Positions 19,560 to 28,318 of a stretch of 64,000 nucleotides of DNA are shown in pieces. Numbering within the stretch: position 1 is the stretch's first letter; every line of letters begins with the position of its first letter. Below the pieces are notes generated by a model, which saw only the letters and a list, made by a program, of their open reading frames with translations, had not been told where the DNA came from and searched no databases. This stretch comes from Patescibacteria group bacterium. Lineage in GTDB: Bacteria; Patescibacteriota; Minisyncoccia; UBA6257; 2-01-FULL-56-20. The stretch covers positions 71,040 to 135,039 of the forward strand of contig JBBTUL010000011.1 in the NCBI GenBank assembly GCA_038063755.1, read 5' to 3'. Made by a program: the position numbers and the translations under genes.

Positions 19560-20444
19560 CTACCTTTCCGATGCGATATTGAGTGTTTTTGTGATCGGGG
19601 ATGGTTTTACGTGGATCGTCCCATTTACATCAGTACGAAAAACCGCACTGCCCAAACGTGAGAGAACGGTTAAAATACCTGCCGATGGATGACCGTATCT
19701 ATTCTCTGCTCCAACCCCAATAAGCGCCACTTCTGGACCCACTGCTTGTAAAAAGTCATTACTTGAAGAAAACTTTGATCCGTGATGTCCGACCTTCAAA
19801 ATATTCGCTGAAAGCTTTTCTTCTTTTGAAATCAAATACCGTTCAAGATTTGATCCTGCGTCACCAACAAGAAGCATGGTCCAGTCCTTGGTTTCGACTT
19901 TTTCGACAAGAGAGGTGTCATTCAATTCTCCGCTTTCTATGATCATTGGGTCCGGCGAAAGAATGCGAATTACACTTTCCCCTTGCTTAATACTGTCTCC
20001 TGCGCCAAGGACAATAATTGGAATATTTCGTTTTTTTATTTCGCCAAGAAGTGCGTTCCATCTTATTCTCGCCTCTCCCTCGGGAGTTCTGCCGTTTATA
20101 ATAAACGTTCCAAACTTATACCTTGCGAGAAGGTGTGAAAATCCTCCAAAATGATCAAGTTGCGGATGAGAAATTATCGCGATATCTATATATGAACCCT
20201 CCGGAAGCTCGCTTCGAATCGCTCGGAGTATTGATGAATCTGGTCCACCGTCCGTCATGATTCTTGCGCCGGAATCGAATTGAACAAGAGAAGAATCACC
20301 TTGGCCTACATCAAAAAAATAAACTTCGTTCTTCGATGAGCCGGTTTCTGTAAAAATTCGGTTCCATAAAAAAACGTCAAATACAAAAAATGTCGCCACA
20401 AAAATTATTCCAAGTGTATTATTTTTTTCTGCGTAAAGATCCAT
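19560..20444 (-). CDS. comEC: ComEC/Rec2 C-terminal metallo-beta-lactamase domain (separate ORF)
   Basis: FFDVGQGDSSLV ... IAIISHPQLDHFGG (MBL HxHxDH-type motif) after one TM helix. In ComEC this domain normally follows the competence domain. Confidence 0.7.
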   Translation of the reverse strand: MDLYAEKNNTLGIIFVATFFVFDVFLWNRIFTETGSSKNEVYFFDVGQGDSSLVQFDSGARIMTDGGPDSSILRAIRSELPEGSYIDIAIISHPQLDHFGGFSHLLARYKFGTFIINGRTPEGEARIRWNALLGEIKKRNIPIIVLGAGDSIKQGESVIRILSPDPMIIESGELNDTSLVEKVETKDWTMLLVGDAGSNLERYLISKEEKLSANILKVGHHGSKFSSSNDFLQAVGPEVALIGVGAENRYGHPSAGILTVLSRLGSAVFRTDVNGTIHVKPSPITKTLNIASER

Positions 20445-21837
20445 TGTCTAGATGATTGTTTTTAATGAGAAAAAAGAAAATCATCAAATAATAGATTGCG
20501 TACAGGAAAGCAGAAAATCGAAAACCTAAAAACTGAAACGGAATCTTACTAAAAAAATTTATTATGCCGGTTTCGTAGAGTAGGAGGATCTTCAGAAACA
20601 ACGCGATCGGAAACGAAAGAGATGCAGAAAAAAGGCCGAGAACGGCAACAACGAATCCAAAAAACATCGTTATTGGAACAAACGGAAGAATAAGCGTGTT
20701 TGGAATAAATGAAAGAAATGAAGCGGAACCAAGCGAGGTTGTAAGTATCGGAAGAACAACAATTTGAGCTCCGAGACTCTGAGAAGCAGCCTTCGTAAGC
20801 CATGATCCCTCCTTTTTTTCTTGTCTTAATTTTGATAACAAGACTTCAAGTTTTGGAGCGACGAAGGCGATACCTAAAAGACTTACGAAGGATAGCTGAA
20901 ATCCCAAAGAGAATAAAATACTCGGACTCGTGACTATCATGAAAAGCGCTATAAAAACGATAGAATGGCCGAAGCTGTAAAGGCGGCCGATGTGACGAGC
21001 GAAGAGGGCAAGAAAGCCCATTCCCGCCGCTCGAACGATAGAAGGCTCGCCTCCAACCATCACCACAAAAATAAGAATTGCGAAAAGTGTTGCGATGAAT
21101 GTAATCTTTCGAGAAAAATAAGGAAGAAGCGTCGCGTATATTACCGTAACAAGAATTGCAACATTGTACCCGGAAAGCGCGACCAAGTGCGTTGTTCCGC
21201 TATCCTTCATTTTCTCGCGAAATTCCTTGCTGAAACCGCTTCGATTCCCGAGAGTTATTCCGCTCGCAAATACCCCCAAATCTCCAGGAAGATGCTCGGT
21301 AAGAGCAGAAATTGCTTTCTGTTTTACGGCAATAAGCTCTTTTCTGATAAAATTTTTTCCCGAACCAGATCTTACTTTGAGGATTTTTGGAAATGCCGCA
21401 AGATGATCCCCGAATTTTTTTTCGTGCGCGGTTATGATCCCTTCGACATCGATATGATCTCCATAAAAGAACGACCCGTTGCTTATCACCTTGATCTTCC
21501 CCGCTCTTGGAGTTTCGAGCTCCGCAAGGAACGAAGCGCTTCCACCTTCAATTGTGATGGGTTCACTTACGATCTCCGCAGAGAAACGGACTCTTTCGTT
21601 AAAGATGATGTCTTCTTGAGATCTTTCTCGCTCAAGCGAGAAAGATCCGTACCATGCCCCGCAGAGAAAACCAAGCAAAACGACGAAAGCGAAAAGTGAC
21701 TTTTTGAAAAGGAAAAGAGATGAAGAACAAAGCAGGGCAATCACAATCAACAAAAAACCGGGAGTACTGATCCCGAAAAGGAACATTCCAGACAAAAAAG
21801 AAAGGGAGGTCCAGAAAATTATTTCCGCGCGCGCCAT
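20419..21837 (-). CDS. comEC: ComEC/Rec2 N-terminal membrane (competence) domain
   Basis: Polytopic membrane protein with HLVALSGYNVAILVTVIYATL, the Competence-domain signature. Its 3' end overlaps the MBL ORF by 26 nt in another frame. Confidence 0.7.
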   Translation of the reverse strand: MARAEIIFWTSLSFLSGMFLFGISTPGFLLIVIALLCSSSLFLFKKSLFAFVVLLGFLCGAWYGSFSLERERSQEDIIFNERVRFSAEIVSEPITIEGGSASFLAELETPRAGKIKVISNGSFFYGDHIDVEGIITAHEKKFGDHLAAFPKILKVRSGSGKNFIRKELIAVKQKAISALTEHLPGDLGVFASGITLGNRSGFSKEFREKMKDSGTTHLVALSGYNVAILVTVIYATLLPYFSRKITFIATLFAILIFVVMVGGEPSIVRAAGMGFLALFARHIGRLYSFGHSIVFIALFMIVTSPSILFSLGFQLSFVSLLGIAFVAPKLEVLLSKLRQEKKEGSWLTKAASQSLGAQIVVLPILTTSLGSASFLSFIPNTLILPFVPITMFFGFVVAVLGLFSASLSFPIALFLKILLLYETGIINFFSKIPFQFLGFRFSAFLYAIYYLMIFFFLIKNNHLDNGSLRRKK

Positions 21838-22484
21838 TTCTTTATGGCGCTATGATTTCCCGATACAAGTACTCTTGGAACGTCCCAGCTTTTCTTGCTT
21901 CTTCCCGGAAAAAATTTCTCCGGACGAGTATAGGTGGAAAATGAACCATTGACACTCTCGAGAGATTCGAGCTTTCCGAGAAATCCTGGTAAAAAACGAC
22001 TCGTTGATTCTGCAAGTACCAACGCAGCCAACTCGCCTCCCGAAAGAACATACTCACCAATAGAGATCTCCTCGTCAGCAATGTATTCTGCGACTCGCTC
22101 ATCGACGCCTTCGTATCTGCCGCAGATACAAACAATTCGTTCGTACTTTGAAAGTCGTTCCGCGTACGAGCTAGTAAGCTTCTTTCCCCGAGTGCTGAAA
22201 AGCAAAACCTTCGTCTTCTTCTTTCCTTTTGAAAGAATCGACGAAACTGCGCGAAAAATTGGGTCCACCTGGAGAACCATCCCGGGACCCCCACCAAATG
22301 GTCGATCATCGACTTTTTTGTGTCTTTCTCTTGAAAAATCACGGATATTATGGACAAAAACCTTTACGGTTCCCTCCATCCTTGCACGCCGAAATAAAGA
22401 TTCGTTAAGATAAGAATCAAAAATTCTTGGAAAAATAGTAAGAAAATGAAACTCGACTTGCCTAGCCTTTTTCTTTTCTTTCAT
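21819..22484 (-). CDS. trmD: tRNA (guanine37-N1)-methyltransferase
   Basis: FHFLTIFP ... DDRPFGGGPGMVLQVDPI ... SIGEYVLSGGE. Confidence 0.9.
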   Translation of the reverse strand: MKEKKKARQVEFHFLTIFPRIFDSYLNESLFRRARMEGTVKVFVHNIRDFSRERHKKVDDRPFGGGPGMVLQVDPIFRAVSSILSKGKKKTKVLLFSTRGKKLTSSYAERLSKYERIVCICGRYEGVDERVAEYIADEEISIGEYVLSGGELAALVLAESTSRFLPGFLGKLESLESVNGSFSTYTRPEKFFPGRSKKSWDVPRVLVSGNHSAIKKWRARK

Positions 22485-22492
22485 GGGTTTAT

Positions 22493-24427
22493 CTACTCTT
22501 CGTCGTGCGTTATCTCAGCTTTATGAAGTGATTCTGCTATTGCCTTTCTCAGGTCTGCAATGTTAACTCCGTCCTTTTTTCTTTCCGCTCTTTGTTTCTC
22601 TGGCACTGACCTTTCCGAAAGATCCTTGAGCGAAAGAGTTTTTTCGGTACTGCTTTGCTGCGATGCCCTTGCTTCTACTTCAATTCTTGGGACAAAAGAT
22701 CTTTTTCTCTGTTGAAACTGAAGCTCCGATCGCTCTGGGCGCTTCGGAAAGTCTTTATTCTGAATTTCCTGCGGAGCTTTTCGAGACACTGCCTCCTCGG
22801 GCTGCTCCGTCCTTTCCTCTGTCGGATGAAGAATCTTTGTTTTTTCTTCACCGCCTCCCTCGAACTCGATCCCGAGACTCGCAAGATCAGCAGAAAACTG
22901 TTTCTGATTAACGCTGACCTTCGGGGAGGAAGATCTCGATGCAGGCATAATTGTCCCCTCTTTTATCCCGGCGAGACATTCTCGGCAGTATACGGGCTTC
23001 CCGGGTATGGGCTCAAAAGGAACGGTTGTTTCTCTCCCGCAAGATGAGCAAATTGCCGAGAAAGACTCTCCGCTTCTCGGAGTGCTCGCTCGCGACATAA
23101 TTGTTTCTCCCTCTCCTCCCCTCGGAACCATTCCGGCCCATCGATTAATTTCGTCCTCAATGACTTCCCGGGGGCGAGCGTATCTTTCCCTTGACTGCTC
23201 AATAATTTCCTGCGCAGTCGATGCGTCCTCTACTCCTTTTATGGGCGGTAATGTTTTCGCGGAAAACGGCCTTGAGGCAACCCCGTCGCATAAAAGTTTC
23301 AAATAAATATGATAGTTCGGAAGGTTTACGATGTCTTGGATAGTAAACTCCGGCTCAAACTCGCTTTCGAGAAACTCCGCATCGGCAGCCCCGACACGAA
23401 AGATGATCATCGTTCCTGCGTTTCCAAAAATTGCGTCTCTTACTTTTGTAGAAACATCCGTAACAAGTTGTCCTATATATTGATGCGCCAGTATCAGATC
23501 AAGTCGATATTTTCTTGCTTCAGATAAAACACTCGCAAATGAATCCGTTGCGAAGTTTTGAAATTCATCGACGTAGAGATAGAAGTCGACGCGCTCGTCC
23601 TCCGGAATACGGACGCGCTCCATCGAGGCAAGTTGAATTTTCGTAATAAGCATCGCTCCCAAAAGCGCGGAGTTATCCTCCCCAATGCGCCCCTTGGAGA
23701 CATTTACCAAAAAAATCTTTCCTTCGTTCATAATGTTAAATATGTCCATCGTGCTTTTCGATTGTCCGACGACGTTTCTCACGATTGCGGTTGAAAGAAA
23801 TTGACCAACCTTGTTTTGAATAGGCGCTATGGCTTCGTTTCTGAACTTGTCTTGCCACGCCTCATACTCGTGAATCCAAAAAGCCTTTACCACTGGATCT
23901 TTAATGTTATTCACAATGGTCTGCCGAAATTCTTTATCGACCAAAATGCGAGTGATACCAAGGAGCGTTGAGCCGGGTGTGTCGAGAAGCGCAAGGATTG
24001 CGTTGTTTAAAATGTATTCCATTCTCGCCGACCAGACATTTGACCAAATTTTCGTAAAAATTCCCATAAGACCTGAAGCAACCAAATGCTTGTATTTCGG
24101 GTCTGGCAGTTCAAGCACATTAAAGCCAATGTGATAATCGATGTCAGCTGGATTGAAATATACGACATCCTTTACGCGCTCCTTCGGGATTTTCGAAAGA
24201 ACTCCCTCAATAAGCTCTCCGTGCGGGTCAACGACACACACGCCTTCGCCGTTTGCGATATCTTGAATAATAAGATTGCTTAAAAAAGCGGACTTTCCGG
24301 TACCGGTCTTTCCGATAACATACATGTGCTGCCTTCGATCGTTTCTTTTGATGCCAAAAATCCGATCGGCGTTACGAAAATCGGTTTTCGCAAAATATAC
24401 GACATCTCTGTCCGGTCTATCAATCAT
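22493..24427 (-). CDS. soluble VirD4/TraD/TraG-like (T4CP-like) P-loop ATPase with C-terminal zinc ribbon and a long charged tail (T4CP-like-1)
   Basis: Walker A HMYVIGKTGTGKS, Walker B FYLYVDEFQNF, and the AHQYIGQL coupling-protein motif. No N-terminal TM. C-terminal ribbon CSSCGRETTVPFEPIPGKPVYCREC, followed by a ~170-aa E/K/R/S-rich low-complexity tail. Confidence 0.75.
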   Translation of the reverse strand: MIDRPDRDVVYFAKTDFRNADRIFGIKRNDRRQHMYVIGKTGTGKSAFLSNLIIQDIANGEGVCVVDPHGELIEGVLSKIPKERVKDVVYFNPADIDYHIGFNVLELPDPKYKHLVASGLMGIFTKIWSNVWSARMEYILNNAILALLDTPGSTLLGITRILVDKEFRQTIVNNIKDPVVKAFWIHEYEAWQDKFRNEAIAPIQNKVGQFLSTAIVRNVVGQSKSTMDIFNIMNEGKIFLVNVSKGRIGEDNSALLGAMLITKIQLASMERVRIPEDERVDFYLYVDEFQNFATDSFASVLSEARKYRLDLILAHQYIGQLVTDVSTKVRDAIFGNAGTMIIFRVGAADAEFLESEFEPEFTIQDIVNLPNYHIYLKLLCDGVASRPFSAKTLPPIKGVEDASTAQEIIEQSRERYARPREVIEDEINRWAGMVPRGGEGETIMSRASTPRSGESFSAICSSCGRETTVPFEPIPGKPVYCRECLAGIKEGTIMPASRSSSPKVSVNQKQFSADLASLGIEFEGGGEEKTKILHPTEERTEQPEEAVSRKAPQEIQNKDFPKRPERSELQFQQRKRSFVPRIEVEARASQQSSTEKTLSLKDLSERSVPEKQRAERKKDGVNIADLRKAIAESLHKAEITHDEE

Positions 24428-24487
24428 GTCTCTTTATTATACGTTATATTTGCCCCTTCATATAGCATTTTTCACGCTTCTAGCAAC

Positions 24488-26263
24488 CTATCGAGTTTCA
24501 GCCAAAAAACACGACTCACAGTAAACAATTGCCTCTTTCTCATTCGAAAATGTGGTCTCGAATGAGTTCTCACACCTCTTGGATCCGTGAGAATGAATTG
24601 TGTTATTTTTATACTTTCCCGACTCTCCTCCTTCGCACATACAAAATCCCTTCTGCCATCGGGGAGGGTTCCTCTTTGCTGTTCGCGCAGAATGCCGACA
24701 AGGAAAACAGCTTCTTGGAAGGGCAAGATTGAAGCGCTTGTAAAAACCAAGTTCTGCGGATGCAATTTGATAGGCTCGCTTGCAGGAAGCGCATCCGATA
24801 ACCTCTTTAAGAATTTCGTCGGATGTGTCGCTGATGTGGTCTGATAGCTCCTCAGCTCGAACCGTTATTTCAAAGTCGCGCAGATTCGGATCCTGCCACC
24901 CGAAACCCGTTTTTAACGCTTCTTCTTTCGCAAGTGGAAGAAGATCAAGCGCCATTGTTTCGTTGTATGCGTATGGGGAAAACTCCGGAGGAAAAAACTC
25001 GCCGTACCCGTAACTCTTCCCCCTGGCATCAACGTACGGCATCTCCTTCATGTGTTTTTTGAGTAGTGAAACCTTCTTCTGATACTCCTCTTTCGAATAC
25101 TGTTTATTAAAAATGCAATACTGCGCGCTTCTAAGGCCAATGCACGCGAAACAGTTCGAGGAAGAGTGACACTCGATACAATATTCAAGCTCGGTACAAC
25201 CAGGCCAGCATTCGATGCAAAATTTCAAGCGGTTTGATTCGTTGCCACAGGTAACGCATTCATATATAAGCTCGGTTGAATCACCCCAATTGGTGAAGTC
25301 GTATGATTCGCTTGTTCCCGCAAGAATGCTTTGGGAATACTTTACGTTCTCTACCCCTATTGCCTCATAGCAGTATTTTGCGTTTTTGGAATTATACACG
25401 TACTCACCAATTACATTTTCATTCTGGGACCCGTGAAAAAACTTCTCGGGAAACTGCTTGTCCATACTCATCATGCGTTCTTTCATCTTCCGAACTACTT
25501 CGTACGAACCGAGGTCAAACTTTTTGATTTCTCGCTCATATTCTTCCTTTGTATATGGCTTGTTGAAAATATAATATTTCTTATGCAGAAGATTCACGCA
25601 ACCAAAGCAGTCCGAACAATCGTCGCATCGTACGAGAAAGGCAGAGTTTTGACACCCTTCACAGTCGTAGGAGAAAAACGTTTTGTAACAACTTGCGACG
25701 AGAGAAACCTCGCTGCAAAGCTCCAGTTTTCCCGATTGGAAAAAATCCACTGAATCCTTCACATCCATAAAGGTAACGCCATAAAGCGAGTTTTCTCCAC
25801 GACCTCCATTGAAGCAAAGATAGCAATTTTTTAGGTCCCCGGACTGATCGCAATAATCGCTGTTTGAGAGTCTGAGGATAGACCGTGAAGCCCGAGGAAC
25901 TTTTTTGATAAACTCCCGGAATTGCGCAAAAAACGGTCTTGAAAGATCGCACTCTTCCCCAAAAGACAGGGGGTCCCATGAGTCAGACCACCACCGAGGA
26001 TGGTCGTAGACTTGAATCGGAGCTGACCTTGGAAAACTCGAAAATATTTCTTCTTTTGTAACGGCATCGACATTCCGAAATAATTGGTGGTCATTTCTGA
26101 AACACATCCTCCTCTGCATTCTGCACTCCGGACACCGCGTCGGTGGTGGAACATCCATCTTCTTGTAGAAATCGAAGTCTTCGGACTCAATAACAAAGTC
26201 CTTGCTGCAGTTTTGACAGACTTGTCCTGAGCTTGCCGAAGGGTTTTTGGTTTCGTGATTCAT
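24488..26263 (-). CDS. cysteine-rich zinc-ribbon-flanked family protein, paralog B
   Basis: CQNCSKDFVIESEDFDFYKKMDVPPPTRCPECR N-ribbon. The second N-ribbon Cys are lost (RNVDAVTKEEIFSSFPRS). Central YCIECHSSSNCFACIGLRSAQYCIFNKQYSKEEY. C-terminus AIVYCESCF. Confidence 0.8.
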   Translation of the reverse strand: MNHETKNPSASSGQVCQNCSKDFVIESEDFDFYKKMDVPPPTRCPECRMQRRMCFRNDHQLFRNVDAVTKEEIFSSFPRSAPIQVYDHPRWWSDSWDPLSFGEECDLSRPFFAQFREFIKKVPRASRSILRLSNSDYCDQSGDLKNCYLCFNGGRGENSLYGVTFMDVKDSVDFFQSGKLELCSEVSLVASCYKTFFSYDCEGCQNSAFLVRCDDCSDCFGCVNLLHKKYYIFNKPYTKEEYEREIKKFDLGSYEVVRKMKERMMSMDKQFPEKFFHGSQNENVIGEYVYNSKNAKYCYEAIGVENVKYSQSILAGTSESYDFTNWGDSTELIYECVTCGNESNRLKFCIECWPGCTELEYCIECHSSSNCFACIGLRSAQYCIFNKQYSKEEYQKKVSLLKKHMKEMPYVDARGKSYGYGEFFPPEFSPYAYNETMALDLLPLAKEEALKTGFGWQDPNLRDFEITVRAEELSDHISDTSDEILKEVIGCASCKRAYQIASAELGFYKRFNLALPRSCFPCRHSARTAKRNPPRWQKGFCMCEGGESGKYKNNTIHSHGSKRCENSFETTFSNEKEAIVYCESCFLAETR

Positions 26264-26290
26264 GAAGGACTATTTACTTTGGTCCAATCG

Positions 26291-28099
26291 TTACGCCGTC
26301 TCTGCCTGAAAACATCCTTCACAATAAACGATATCGGGAAGCGCCTTGTCATATGGAGACTCGAATGTATTCGTACAGCTTGATGACGATTCGTGGGCTT
26401 GATGCAGGGCGATGTTTTTATAGCCACCATCTAACGACACGTCCCCTCTACACTGACATTCTCGAGTATAGAGCTTTGCCGGAAGACGCTGTTTAATACG
26501 TTCGAAGTGGCGTGAATTGTAACAACGACGAGGGATTGGCAATCCGAACCTTTTATAGAATTCGAGTTCTTGTGGGATGATGCGAAAAACTCCCGTGCAG
26601 TTGTGCAGGATGGCCTCTTCGGAATCTTCATCCCAAGATCGGCATCGGATTGTTTGTCCGAGAAGGTCATCCGTGGCGTCCTCTATGGAATCCGGAACAT
26701 CTTGCCATCGCAGTGTCGCTTCGTGCTTTTTTCCCTCAGGTTTCTTCCATATCAGATGCTGTTCGGCAGCGGCATGTTCGGATAGTGGAAAGTTTTCTTG
26801 CGCGAGCGTGTGGTTATAGGGATAGGGAGAAAATTCCGCCGGGAAAAACTCGCCGTATGGGTACCGTAGCCCATTTGCGTCAACATACGGCATTGTATTC
26901 ATGTGCTCAATAACGCGTTCCCGGAGCGCGAAATACTCTTCCTTCGAATATTGCTTGTTCAAAATACAATACTCTCTCTTCTTAACTCCGGCACATCCGA
27001 AAAGATTTGAGGAATTACTACAATAGAGTGCGTATTCAAGATTCTTGTTTTCGGGCCAGCATTCCCAACAGAAGCGACAGTTATATATCCCCAAGCCACT
27101 TGCGACCGCTTCATAGACCAATTCGGCGTTATCTCCCCAGACGGTATAGTCGTAGCACTGCCTCGTGGGAGGCGTTAGTATGTACTGACAGTAACGACTG
27201 TCTTCAAGGCCAAGCGCAAGATAGCAATTTTCGGCATTTTTTGATTGATAGACATACGATCCCGAAGCATTTACGTTTTTGTTGTTTGCCGCATATTTAT
27301 TCGGAAACTTCAGCCAGAACTCGGCGCTTTTCTTCTTGAACTCTTCGATCTTTCCATAGGAGTTGAGAGCGAATTCCTTTACTCGTCTCTCGTATTCCTC
27401 CTTGGTGTAGGGTTCGTTGAAGATATGATATTTCTTGTTCTTTAAATTCACGCAACCGAAGCAGTCATGGCAACCAATACATTGTTTTGAGAACCACATA
27501 TCGTACGATCCGTTACAGCGCGTTGAAAAAAAGCACTTCGAACAGTCGGCGGAAAACGAAAGCTCGTAGCAGAATTCGCTACTATCCATATGTGAAAAAT
27601 CTATGCAGTTCTTTCCGTTATTAACCCCATTTCCGTACATGCAATCTTCGGCATAATTTCCGTTGAAAACGAGGTAGCAATTTTTAAACCCGGTATAATT
27701 GTTGGAATAGTCACTGTTTGTTCCATACACAACCGAAAGCGAGTAAATCGGCACCGCTTTCCAGAGGTCATAAAGCTGTGCAAGAAACGGCTTTGAAAAA
27801 TCGACCTCGCGCCCGAAAGACATCGGATCGATGGTGTCCCCGAAAAACAATTCATTCTCGACGATTTTTTGGCGGGAATCCGGAGGGAACATTGAAAATA
27901 TTTCCTTGCCCGAAACTTCGCTTTTTCGCTTATATAGGAAGCGCTCGTTTCTAAATGCCATCCTCCGCATCATCCTGCAGGCCGGACACCGCGTCGGTGG
28001 TGGAACATCCATCTTCTTGTAGAAATCGAAATCGACCGGCTCAAGAGCGAAATCCTGGTGACAACTCTCGCAGATGCGGTGTTCTATTGCGTCTGTCAC
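26291..28099 (-). CDS. cysteine-rich zinc-ribbon-flanked family protein, paralog C
   Basis: CESCHQDFALEPVDFDFYKKMDVPPPTRCPACR. Central CIGCHDCFGCVNLKNKKYHIFNEPYTKEEYE and FGCAGVKKREYCILNKQYSKEEY. C-terminus GVFRIIPQELEFYKRFGLPIPRRC ... PDIVYCEGCF. Sits in tandem with B. Confidence 0.8.
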   Translation of the reverse strand: MTDAIEHRICESCHQDFALEPVDFDFYKKMDVPPPTRCPACRMMRRMAFRNERFLYKRKSEVSGKEIFSMFPPDSRQKIVENELFFGDTIDPMSFGREVDFSKPFLAQLYDLWKAVPIYSLSVVYGTNSDYSNNYTGFKNCYLVFNGNYAEDCMYGNGVNNGKNCIDFSHMDSSEFCYELSFSADCSKCFFSTRCNGSYDMWFSKQCIGCHDCFGCVNLKNKKYHIFNEPYTKEEYERRVKEFALNSYGKIEEFKKKSAEFWLKFPNKYAANNKNVNASGSYVYQSKNAENCYLALGLEDSRYCQYILTPPTRQCYDYTVWGDNAELVYEAVASGLGIYNCRFCWECWPENKNLEYALYCSNSSNLFGCAGVKKREYCILNKQYSKEEYFALRERVIEHMNTMPYVDANGLRYPYGEFFPAEFSPYPYNHTLAQENFPLSEHAAAEQHLIWKKPEGKKHEATLRWQDVPDSIEDATDDLLGQTIRCRSWDEDSEEAILHNCTGVFRIIPQELEFYKRFGLPIPRRCYNSRHFERIKQRLPAKLYTRECQCRGDVSLDGGYKNIALHQAHESSSSCTNTFESPYDKALPDIVYCEGCFQAETA

Positions 28100-28102
28100 G
28101 CC

Positions 28103-28294
28103 CTATCTTGAAAGTTGTTTTTTGAAGAACGCAGATTGCACCTCTGGAGTTTTCCCACCAAGAATCCAAAATGAAAATTCACTCTTTACGCCTCTGAGCT
28201 CCTTAGCTGACGCAAATACCGGCAGAATAAGCGATAAAATAATAAGAATGACGGCAATGGTGACAATGGTTTTTAACGAGTTTCTCATGTCCAT
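28103..28294 (-). CDS. hypothetical small single-TM protein (63 aa)
   Basis: One TM helix (IVTIAVILIILSLILPVFA), wedged between murD and paralog C with 3-24 nt gaps. Confidence 0.4.
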   Translation of the reverse strand: MDMRNSLKTIVTIAVILIILSLILPVFASAKELRGVKSEFSFWILGGKTPEVQSAFFKKQLSR

Positions 28295-28318
28295 ATTTTA
28301 CTTCAAAAAGCGAAATTG

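Noticed and set aside
20965-21699. 244-aa plus-strand ORF, with similar long ORFs antisense to uvrB (47018-47605), dinB (45136-45783), T4CP-like-1 (22655-23047) and the paralogs
   Set aside because: Each lies entirely inside a well-supported opposite-strand gene and has low-complexity, non-protein-like composition. These are shadow ORFs.
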